Positions 35,973 to 45,937 of a stretch of 45,937 nucleotides of DNA are shown piece after piece (the first letter of the stretch is position 1; each line of letters begins with the position of its first letter). A program made the translations under genes and the position numbers. The notes under the pieces are model-generated. The model made no database searches. It was given only the letters and a program-made list of their open reading frames with translations, and was not told where the DNA came from. The stretch comes from Octopus bimaculoides (taxonomy: Eukaryota): NCBI RefSeq assembly GCF_001194135.2, contig NC_068984.1:87553957-87599893 (forward strand). Reading direction: 5' to 3'.

Positions 35973-36398
35973 TTCTTTTATTCATTTACTTGTTTCAGTC
36001 ATTTGACTGTGGTCATGCTGGAGCTCCGCCTTGAATGGTTTCAGTCGAGCAAATCGATCCCAGGACTTGTTTCTTAAGCCTAGTACTTATTCTATCGCTC
36101 TATTTTGTCAAACCGCTAGGTTACAGGGACGTAAAAACACCAACACCGGTTGTCAAGTGGTGATGGTGGGAGCCAAACACAGGCACATACAAACATAGCG
36201 ACGCACACACACACACACAGTTGCACATACACACACATACATACGTCGGGCTTCTTTCAGTTTCTGTCTACCATATCCACTCACTTGGCTTTGGTCTGCC
36301 CGAGGCTCTAATAGAAGACACTTGCCCAAGGTGGCACGCAAGTGGAAGTGAACTTGGAACCATGTGATTAGAAAGCAAGCTTCTTACCACACAGCCAC
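35973..36398 (-). mobile_element. SINE family A, near full-length
   Basis: Collinear with 1661-2094, including the tRNA-like head. Confidence 0.88.
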
Positions 36399-36906
36399 AC
36401 ACTCACTCGCACACACACATATTTGTGTGAGTGTGTGTGTATGTGTGTGTGTGTGTATGTGTGTGTGTGTAAGAGCGCACTTTTGATGAAAGTCTGATGA
36501 AGTGCCACTCCAATGTTTAAAACCGCAAATATTACATAAATATTCACTTCGAACTTTTGCGTAAATTGGAATTGCAAGCAGAGATGGTACAGAAACAATT
36601 GTAACTGATCATTAAAGATGTGTTAAAGTATTTTCTTTGCCTTATCATTTGGATTAAATTTTACTCTTCGCTAAATCCACATAACGGTTTCACCGTCGTG
36701 CGGTTAGGATTTTCTGCAGCTGAAGAATTTCGGTATTAGTCTGGAATACGAGAGTGTTGATAGCCCAGAACTCAGGTTGAGTGCTTCATTGGAAATACTC
36801 TATTTTTATGCCCCACGAGAACTTGTATTTATGTATATATGTTGGAAATTAGCAGAAATTTACAATAGATTAAAGTGATCGAAGACTTTTGCATGGTACT
36901 GTATAT

Positions 36907-37061
36907 ATTGAAAAGCAGCAGAAATATAACAAAAACTGTTACTCAGAGTTTCACGTTCCCGTTCGTCGGACAGTTTTGTTAGAATCTAACAAAGCTGTCC
37001 GACGAATGGGAGCGTGAAGCTCTGAGTAACAGTTTTTGTGATATTTCTACTGCCCTTCAAT
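36907..37061. repeat. 155-nt near-perfect palindrome (77-bp arms, centre 36984)
   Basis: Inner 54 bp of the two arms differ at 4 positions. Confidence 0.95.
36936..36973 (-). ncRNA. Minimal type I hammerhead-ribozyme-like motif (U4C core variant); degenerate inverted copy at 36995-37032 (+)
   Basis: CUGU-CCGACGA-ACG(GGAA)CGU-GAA-ACUC(U)GAGU-A-ACAG: stems I, II and III, GAAA core and GUA triplet are all positioned correctly. Confidence 0.55.
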
Positions 37062-37116
37062 AAAAGCATATTACTCTACCTCTGGTATTTGAGTACTCTT
37101 TTTTCCACCTTGTTTC

Positions 37117-37189
<73 letters not shown>

Positions 37190-37350
37190 TAGAGAGGGGG
37201 AGGGGGAGAAGAAGAAGGTTCTGTGAGTTTTTTGAAGAACTGTAACGGTTTCAACCGATGATCGAAACCCTGTCACTGACAAAACAAACTATAATAAAAT
37301 GCATCATTCAATACTTTAGAATATTTCTTTGAAATTTCGACTTTGTATGC

Positions 37351-38030
37351 TTTCTAATTTTGGTACAAGGCGAGCAACTTCGAGGGGAGGGGAAATCGAT
37401 TACAACCACCCAGTGCTCAACTCGTACCTATCCTAACAACGCTGAAAGGTATGGAAAGCAAATTCGACTACGACAGGTTTTGATCTCAACGCAAACAAGC
37501 TGAAAATATCGCTAAGCATTTTGTCCGGTACAGTAACGATTTTGCCAGCATGTCACCTTTAAATTCCACCTTAATATTGATTTCAATTTTTAGCACAAGG
37601 CTAACAATTTCACGAGAGGTGTAAGTCGATTACATCGACTCCATTACTCAACTGGTACTTATTTTATCGGCTCCGAAAGGATTAATGACAACGTTGACCT
37701 CGGTAGGATTTGAACTCAGAACGTAAAGTCGGACGAAATGTCGCTAAGTATTTTGCCCGGAGTGCTAACGGTTTTGCAAGCTCGCCGCCTAAAATTTAAT
37801 ATTAACGTTAATATAACATTTAGGGCAGGACAGCAAACTGGCAGATTCCTTAGTGCGATGGAAAGAAATGCTTCGCGGCAATTCTTCTGACTTTACGTTC
37901 TAATTCAAATACAAATTGGGTCGACTTTGTCTTTCATCCTTTCGGGGTCGATAAAATAAATAGCAGTTGATCACTGGAGTCGATGTAACCGAATCTGCTA
38001 GCCTTGTGCCAAAATTTGAAACCAATATTA
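37351..38030. mobile_element. Three adjacent SINE family B copies (37351-37560 minus, 37573-37791 minus, 37828-38030 plus)
   Basis: Each carries the GTCGA..GGTACTTATTTTATCG core. The third is flanked by TAACATTTAG at 37814-37823 and 38029-38038. Confidence 0.85.
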
Positions 38031-38972
38031 ACATTTAGATAGGCAAGGTCGTGTGTTTAAGAAGTTCTCTTTGCAACGACGCTGATTTGAGATTTATTCC
38101 AATGGGCTGAATCTTGGGCAAATGTTTTCAGCTGAATTCTCGTGTCTACCGCAATAATGTCAGCTGAATTTAGTAAGCAGAAACTCCGTGGAAACTTGTC
38201 AGAGGGACCTTTCCGGTTCTTTGGTGGTACACTTAATCTGTCGCTCAGTTTTACAACATAACGTAGTCCTTGGATGGCTTCTGTGGTGTCCTTTCTATTG
38301 CAAGCATCAAGGCTAAGTCTTCCGCCCGGGGAAAACGTTTTCTCTTCTTCCTATGAGTCTCAGAAGGTATGAAAATGGGTCAAGGACGCTTCCCTTCCTC
38401 TTCTGACTAAGTAATAAATATACTGTTCAACTCCCAATCTATATTTTTCATGTGCACAAGTTATCTATTTATATCCATTCCATGAAAATATAAGCATGCA
38501 TAATGACAAATTAAATTTATTTGATGTATCGCCAAGATAGTTAAGCAATTAAATTGATGAAAGTATATTTAATGATTAAAAGGCTTTAAAAAAACCCCAT
38601 TAAAATTGGCATTGATCCAATATTATATTGCTTTTATTACATATCTGAATATTGTTTGTCTTATGTTTTAATTAAATATACTTCCCTTGCCATGAATGTT
38701 TAATTATAATGTGGATAGTGTCGTTCACAAAATTAAGTTTTCAAAATCTCTCATACTCTACATCAATAAATATACATATTACAGTGTTTATGCAACACTA
38801 CTACTAAAGTTGCTGCGAGGCCGCACTTCTGTTGATAAACTTCAACAAAGTAAAATACATCTGAAGTTTTTTTCATAATTAATTTTCGTGTCTATATCAT
38901 ATAATTTATTTCTCAAATTATCAGGGCATTAATTCAGCACAAAATGCTTTTTGAGATATTTTTTCCGACTCC

Positions 38973-39590
38973 AAGGTGGTGAGCTGGCAGAATCGTTTCC
39001 GCGCAGGGAAAAATAATTAGAAAGTGAAGTCGGAAGAAATTGCCTTACATTCTTTCGAGGTCGATAAAAAAATACCTGTTGAAATATAGAACTGTAAAAA
39101 AATTACCAGTTGAACACTTAAGTCAATGTTATCGACTTACTCACTCACCCGAAACTGCTGGCTTTGTGACAAAATTTGAAACCAATGTTTATTCCGGCTC
39201 TTTATGTTCTAGGTTCGAAACCCATGAGGTCAATTTTGGTTTTTATTTCTTCGGGTTCAATAAAAGCAAAAATACTAGTTAAGCACTGGTAGTGGTGTGT
39301 TCGACTAACTCCACCCACTCAAAATTGCTGGTCTTGTGCTTAAATTAGAAACGCTCATTTTTCAACTGATCAGGGCGATAGATTGGCCGAATCATTGGAG
39401 TGTCATGCAAAATGTTTTGTGAAATTTGTTCCAGCTCTTTTGCAGCCCGTGTAGCAATCTCACCAAAGTCAATTTTACTTTTTCATCTTTCGGGGTTTGA
39501 AAAAATAAAATACCAGTCAACTTTTGCGTTCGACAAGATCGCCTGTTTATTCCTGCCAAATTTCTGGTAAGGTGCTTAAATTAGAAAGAG
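38973..39590 (+). mobile_element. Three head-to-tail degenerate SINE family B copies
   Basis: Repeated head GGTGGTGAGCTGGCAGAATCG and tail AAATTGCTGG..TTGTG..AAATT.GAAA motifs. Confidence 0.75.
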
Positions 39591-39741
39591 TTATTTCTCA
39601 AGTCGTCCAAACATGAGGGTGTTTGTGAATTGAGATTGTTGTTTATAAGACTCGAAAACAATTTGAAAGGTTAAAAGTAGCGTTAGCACAATTCATAGAA
39701 AATTTCCCATACTTGTCACGATGAGAACGCTTGTACTATCG

Positions 39742-40102
39742 TTTATGCTTTAGCTGTTTCAGTCATTAAACTGCGGCCATACTGAAGCACCGTCTTGAAG
39801 AATTTTGAGTCGAATGCATCGACCTCAGTACTTATTTCTTTTACAGGCTGGTACATATTTTGTCGGTCACTTTTGCCGAATCGCTAGCTTACGGGGACGT
39901 AAACACGCCAGCACCAGTTGTCAAGTGGTGTTGATGGCAGGGACATACATACATACATACAACGGGCTTCTTCCAGTTCCCGTCTACCGAATCCGCCCAC
40001 AGTTTCCGTTTACCAAATCCACTCATTTGCCCAAGGTGCTATGCAGTGGGATTGAACCCGGAACCATGTGGTTGGGAAGCAAGCTTCTTAGCGCTCAGCC
40101 AC
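39742..40102 (-). mobile_element. SINE family A
   Basis: TTTCAGTCATTAAACTGCGGCCAT .. GGGATTGAACCCGGAACCATGTGGTTGGGAAGCAAGCTTCTTA. Confidence 0.85.
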
Positions 40103-40197
40103 GTCTGCACCTATGATTACATTTGATAATTAAAATTACTATTCCTGATCAGCGCTTATATTTCTATTATTATTTATCCGTACATTCTCGGCGTTCT

Positions 40198-40412
40198 AAT
40201 ATTGGTTTCAAATTTTGACACAAGGCGAGCAATTTCGGAGTTGGGAGTTAGTCGATTACATCGACCCTAGTGTTTAACTGGTACTTATTTTATCAACCTC
40301 AAAAGATGAAACACAAAGTTGACCTCCCCAGAATTTGAATTCAGAACGTCAGTACGGACGAAATGCCGCTAGGCATTTTGTCCAGCGTGCTAACAACTCT
40401 GCCAGCTCGCCT
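40198..40412 (-). mobile_element. SINE family B
   Basis: Full family B core and head. Confidence 0.85.
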
Positions 40413-40599
40413 CACCAATAAATAAGTGTACGTTCATCCATTGCGTGATTTGGTGAGATAAAAAAATTGGTGGGTACAAGTGACATGAACTTTAACCCAC
40501 ATAATTGCATAATTCATTCTCTATTGCTAGAGAGTGTATTATACAATAACTTTTTATTTGTTACTTATTTCTCCCAATTTCCTACTCTATTTTTTTTTT

Positions 40600-40796
40600 C
40601 TTTTTTACTATAAGCACGACTGAAATTTGGGTGGAGGGGGCCGAGTTGATTGCATCGACCTCAGTACTCGACTAGTACTTATTTTATCGATCCCAAAAGA
40701 ATGAAAGGGCAAAGCAGACCTCGGCAGAATTTGAACTTAGAACATAAAACCGCGTTTTGTCTGGCGCGTTAACGTTTCTATCTGCTCACTGCCTTA
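40600..40796 (-). mobile_element. SINE family B
   Basis: Family B core GTACTTATTTTATCGATCCC..GACCTCGGCAGAATTTGAAC. Confidence 0.8.
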
Positions 40797-41093
40797 ATAT
40801 CCTACTGTATTGAAATGTTTTTGGGAAGCAAGTTAGTTTGAATTATGATTGACAAACACCACACTTCCCCGATCAAATATCTATTTAATGATTCTTGATC
40901 TTTATTTTAGTAGCAAGTATATTTGAACCTTTGGCTGATTAAGACATCACACAAATAGAATTATATAATCGTTTGTGTCAAGTTATGCATGTTAAGATAC
41001 ATGAGTCATACGCTAGATTACACAGTTCTTGGTATTTCTATGTGACATCGATCTCAAAGGAAATATTTTTATAAGAGATTCTTCCATTGTTAC

Positions 41094-41241
41094 GTAGTTG
41101 TTGTGATCAAACTGTATAGGTCAATATTATTCTCCGCGGCAATGGAATTATGCAATTGATTCCAACCAAGGAACGCCATGAGTTTGATCGCAACAAAGTT
41201 ATGTTTCCAAGGATACATACAGCGCTTCAGATAGATTGGAA
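41094..41241 (-). CDS. Candidate coding exon (PIYLKRCMYPWKHNFVAIKLMAFLGWNQLHNSIAAENNIDLYSLITT)
   Basis: Acceptor TTTCATCCCATGCAG; phase-compatible with 42019-42257. The donor is uncertain (AC|GTAACA at 41094, or CT|GTATGT giving a 21-nt microexon). Confidence 0.3.
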
Positions 41242-41374
41242 CTGCATGGGATGAAATATTATATCGTTAAAAAATACGAGAAAAAGATTTTTCAGTATAT
41301 CCTAAGCAAGTAAACAGTGTAGTATACGATCAAATCAAATATAAAAAATATTTATGAATGCGAGTGTGCGTATG

Positions 41375-41452
<78 letters not shown>

Positions 41453-41682
41453 NNNNNNNNNNNNNNNNNNNNNNNNNNNNNNNNNNNNNNNNNNNNNNNN
41501 NNNNNNNNNNNNNNNNNNNNNNNNNNNNNNNNNNNNNNNNNNNNNNNNNNNNNNNNNNNNNNNNNNNNNNNNNNNNNNNNNNNNNNNNNNNNNNNNNNNN
41601 NNNNNNNNNNNNNNNNNNNNNNNNNNNNNNNNNNNNNNNNNNNNNNNNNNNNNNNNNNNNNNNNNNNNNNNNNNNNNNNNNN

Positions 41683-41730
<48 letters not shown>

Positions 41731-42018
41731 TAGTAAGGTAGGTAAATACAAGCTTAATGCATGTATTTATATGAAGCATGAAAAATACAGGATGAAAATA
41801 AAGAAATATATGTTGATAAAATGTATGATGACTTTTCTCAACAGCTGTTTCAAAGAGCCAAGAGTTACGGAATAACCATAATTTACAGGTGATATATGCA
41901 TTATGATATGTGCGTTTACCATTTTCCTTTTGTAAAGGAAGCTAAACTTACTGTAATAACTTCATCTGATTGGTCACTGGTTGCATACATATGACATTAT
42001 GCACATATATATACTCAC

Positions 42019-42257
42019 AAGCATATATAGGTGGGGAGTGGTATTCTTTGCCTGTTGACAGCTTCTCAAGTGGTATCATTACAGCTCTTTCTCTGTTGTG
42101 CAACGAAGTTAAATGGGGAATTTTTTCAAGTATAGCCCAGTTCTTCCAAAGCTGTTTTTGCCAGAGCTGCTTGTTGAATTTTAGCTCCAAAATATTTGTA
42201 GCTATTTCGTGTAGATTATTTATTTTTCGATCATTAATCGGGATTATTTTTATTGAT
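42019..42257 (-). CDS. Probable coding exon of an unidentified host gene (79 codons, SIKIIPINDRK..EYHSPPIYA)
   Basis: Acceptor CTCTACATACTTCCCCTAG and donor TT|GTGAGT bracket a stop-free, protein-like frame inside ORF 41948-42301; no TE motifs seen. Confidence 0.55.
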
Positions 42258-43454
42258 CTAGGGGAAGTATGTAGAGTGTGCAGACCGCATAGGGTGGCCA
42301 TTTACAAATATATACTGGAGGCATGATACGTATAAGCAAGAAGGCTGCTAGGTCGGCCAAAACCCACCATAAACCCATTCTACGCGCCACTGATTAAATT
42401 CTTTGTTGTTTCCAAGCCCAGTTTATCGGAAGTCACTCTATCACACAGTATTTCAAACTCCCTTCTTTTTCTTAGGTAAATTAACTTTCTGCAATTTTGT
42501 AAACCTCTACATGAATAATCATTGGCTCTCCTCTAATCCGTTAATAAACTTAAAACTAGAACGGAACATTACAGGAAGACAACTGCTCAGAACAGTCTTC
42601 TAAATGACGCCAGAATCCATCCTATTGTTTGTTTACTAGCGCTTTAATTATTGCAGTTGTGTAGCCCCATCATCGAACAAACCTTTGTTGGGAGTTAGTT
42701 GAATGTGAGTACTGCAGTGTCTAGGGATTGACTTTTTCACTGACTTACACGATCGTTAATTCTATTTGCTCGTAGCAATGGTCCCACTGTGACTTCTTTG
42801 TTGTGTGTGCATTTATGTTGTTCATTGATTGCAAGTTATGATGATGCTGATGATGATAAAGAAGAAGATGAAGACGAGGAGGAATATAATAAAAGGTATG
42901 TATACAGAGAAGAGTTTATGAATTCATTACCATGCGTTGTGGTTAAACGTATAGAACAAAGGGTGATAAATGAGAAGTAGTTGCTGTAGTTGACATGGTG
43001 AGGTATATGACAGTCAATGCTGGTTGTGTTGAATGTGAAGGCTGTTTGGCTGCGATGTTATTGTTTGGTTGCGATGTTATTGTACCACCCTATTTGTATG
43101 GTGTTTGTGTCATGGTGTATTGTGTGCATTAAGACCTACAGATTAAGATCTTTGGATATGTATTAAGATGCAGTAGGGATGTATGTAATGAAGTGGGCCG
43201 GTTGGTGGAGTTGGATGTAATATGTACAGGCATAAGATGGCAATATATTCCATGCAGATGGCTTTAATTTTGAATGCTTGTGTTTTGGGGGAGTTGTTGC
43301 ATCTTAGCGAGAATTATTATTCGTTCCTTCTGTCTATTCGCTGGATACACGACTTTGTGTGTTTTAAGATTTCCGCCATAATTAATTTTTGTAACCTTAT
43401 TAATATGTAATTTAGAATTTCCTGTGTCCCATGCTGCATTTGTAATTTCATTTC

Positions 43455-43461
43455 TTTTATT

Positions 43462-43532
<71 letters not shown>

Positions 43533-43605
43533 CCTACCTACCTACCTACCTACCTACCTACCTACCTACCTGCCTGCCCACCTGCCTGTCTGCTTGTCTG
43601 TCTGC
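43455..43605. repeat. Graded microsatellite (TATC)n-(TACC)n-(TGCC)-(TGTC)
   Basis: Direct reading. Confidence 0.95.
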
Positions 43606-44203
43606 TTCTCTATTAAAAGCGTGTAATTGTAAGGATTTTCTAGACCATAACTGACAAGGAATGAACAACATCAGTGTCTTGTGTGAGAATTTTCCTTTGT
43701 CTTGCCGTTTATTTTCTGTATATATNNNNNNNNNNNNNNNNNNNNNNNNNNNNNNNNNNNNNNNNNNNNNNNNNNNNNNNNNNNNNNNNNNNNNNNNNNN
43801 NNNNNNNNNNNNNNNNNNNNNNNTATATATGAAGTAAAATCAGTTCTAGTGTAATAAATATTATTAAATATATCTACTAATGTATATGTTTTGGGTGTTT
43901 TTCTATTGGCTGCAATGGCGTATCGGAGTATATAACTCTCATGTCACCATTGTTAAAACACAGGCAAGGTAACTCACCCTCAGTCCCATTTGGGTGTGAT
44001 GGACATCAATGTTTCGCCATTTCTGTGGCTTATCAGCATCACGCACCGGCTTGTGTTGAAGGCGAATCACCTGGCCAGTCCACGATCTCTATGCTCATGG
44101 CTTGTAAAATCATGAGCTATGCCCGGAAATTGCATACCTAAGAGAAAATTTAGATATGAAGTAAAAACAACTCTAGTGTAATAAATACTATTAAATACAT
44201 AGA

Positions 44204-44705
44204 GAGTAATCTCTCGCCATATCGCGGTTCACCTATCGCGCACTCAGTACATCGCAGTTCTCTAAATACGCACTCAGTACATTGAGGATTTTTCTGACTA
44301 ATATATGTAAATTTATATCGCGGGTTTCTGCGGCCGATAGGTATTTATATTTTTTTAGATTTTAATTATTTCTGTGGTAAAATAAGCACTTTCACGCCTA
44401 AACATTAATAAATTAATAAACAAAAACACCGTACTGTACTGCACTGTATAACACATTAATTAAAATATATTAAAAGAAAATGCTTAGTGTACCGTTGATG
44501 AGTAAACATAGAATCGCACATACTGTATGGAAAACGAAACTGGGGATGCGTGTGGTATTACTTTGCATTTATAATAAAATAAATATATACAAATTATAAA
44601 AATGATAAAAAATATATACAGTACAGTACTGTTTCTACTTCGCGGATGTTCACCTATCACAGGAGGTTTTGGAACGTAACATTCGCGATAGTCGAGAGAT
44701 TACTG
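44204..44705. mobile_element. Tigger/pogo-type MITE (about 500 bp)
   Basis: Left GAGTAATCTCTCGCCATATCGCG versus right-end reverse complement CAGTAATCTCTCGACTATCGCG; non-coding AT-rich interior. Confidence 0.7.
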
Positions 44706-44908
44706 TGTAGATGCTTTGTGCATTTTCCGGTGCTGCAAACATCGATGTCCATCACTCCCAAATGGGATTGAGGGTGAGTTGTCTTTTCTGTCCATGACTC
44801 TAAGGTATTTTAACACCAGCAGCATGAATGTTATATACTCCGCTATGTCATCGCAGCCACCGGAAAATACACAAACCATATACATTAGTATGTGTATTTA
44901 ACAATATA

Positions 44909-44939
<31 letters not shown>

Positions 44940-44941
44940 AG

Positions 44942-44985
<44 letters not shown>

Positions 44986-45810
44986 TTCTTGACCCATAAA
45001 ACTCATAATGCCGGTTACCCGGTTTCCATAGCGTATAAATGACCGAGCCCTCATGAATGGGTCGCTGGTCCGTTGCAGGTTTCAAGACCAACAATTTTGA
45101 GAAGAGTGGACAACTTGATTTCATCAACGACAGTATTTCATTGGTACTTTATTTTATCGCACCCGAACTGGGATATATAATCCAGGCATTCACCGCATGA
45201 AGCACTACTACGGATGGTGGTCGTCTACAATTTTTGAAAAGTGGCAATTCTCTTAAGACACCACTGCTCCAATAATCCCCAAATCCACAAACCATTCGAA
45301 GAATGGAGCTAGCAAGTTGCATTCATTGCTTAGTTTACAATTGTTTCGCTGATTTCTATTGTAACCAATCTTGCAGCATGTCGTTACCAAATCATTAATT
45401 GTAGATATGGTAATGACACGATGCAAGATTGGTAATAATAGAAATCAGCGAAACAATTGTAAGCTAAGCAATAAATGCTATTTGCTAACTCTGTTCTCCG
45501 ATATCTTTTATAAGTGTGTGTGTGTGTGTGTGTGTGTGATAAACTTCACACATAAGCAGATGCACACACAAAAACATATACATGCTCGTCCACACTTACA
45601 CTCACACAGACTCAAAGCAAAGGTTCTACTCTGGTATAGGATGCCTTTCATTCGTATTAAACATTGCTTTTGGCAATGTATTCATTTTTAATCTCATCTG
45701 TATGATAATCATTGTTAATTTTTAATCGTTTAAAGCAACTTCACCCTTTTATGTTTGCTTGTCCTTGTCCGTCCCCTCTATGTATTACCCTATGGAAAAT
45801 ATGAAATAAA

Positions 45811-45937
45811 GTAGCTTGCTTACCAACCACATGGTTCCGGGTTCAGTCCCACTGCGTGGCGCCTTGACAAAATGTTTTCTACTATAGCCTCGTGCCGACC
45901 AAAGCCTTGTGAGTGGATTTTGTAGAGGGAAACTGAA
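45811..45937 (+). mobile_element. SINE family A 5' part (tRNA-like head with B-box GGTTCAGTCCC), cut by the window end
   Basis: GCTTGCTTACCAACCACATGGTTCCGGGTTCAGTCCCACTGCGTGGC. Confidence 0.88.

Noticed and set aside
45811-45890. tRNA gene
   Set aside because: It is a tRNA-derived SINE head continuing into the SINE body; no full cloverleaf is evident.

Overview
AT-rich eukaryotic (animal) genomic scaffold with N-gaps next to microsatellites. It is most likely Octopus, inferred from two tRNA-derived SINE families that I recognise from octopus genomes. Most of the window is transposon debris and simple repeats: tRNA-SINEs (two families, about 20 copies), at least six Penelope-like (RT + GIY-YIG) relics, two tandem Tx1/L1-clade LINEs, several R4/Dong-clade (RT + REL endonuclease) LINE pieces, mariner/Tc1/Tigger remnants, MITE-like foldbacks and microsatellites. 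Most long ORFs in the track are microsatellite or gap artefacts. No rRNA, true tRNA or CRISPR was found. A few minus-strand candidate exons suggest the window may be largely intronic to a host gene; the best is 42019-42257. The most notable signals are: (1) R4/Dong copies whose junctions repeatedly abut (CATA)n tracts in the same orientation, suggesting a tetranucleotide-microsatellite-targeting LINE; (2) a 155-nt near-perfect hairpin holding two inverted minimal type I hammerhead-ribozyme-like motifs; (3) a very AT-rich Penelope element with a 233-codon stop-free frame missed by the ORF track. Family assignments come from manually recognised motifs, not database searches, and boundaries of degraded relics are approximate.
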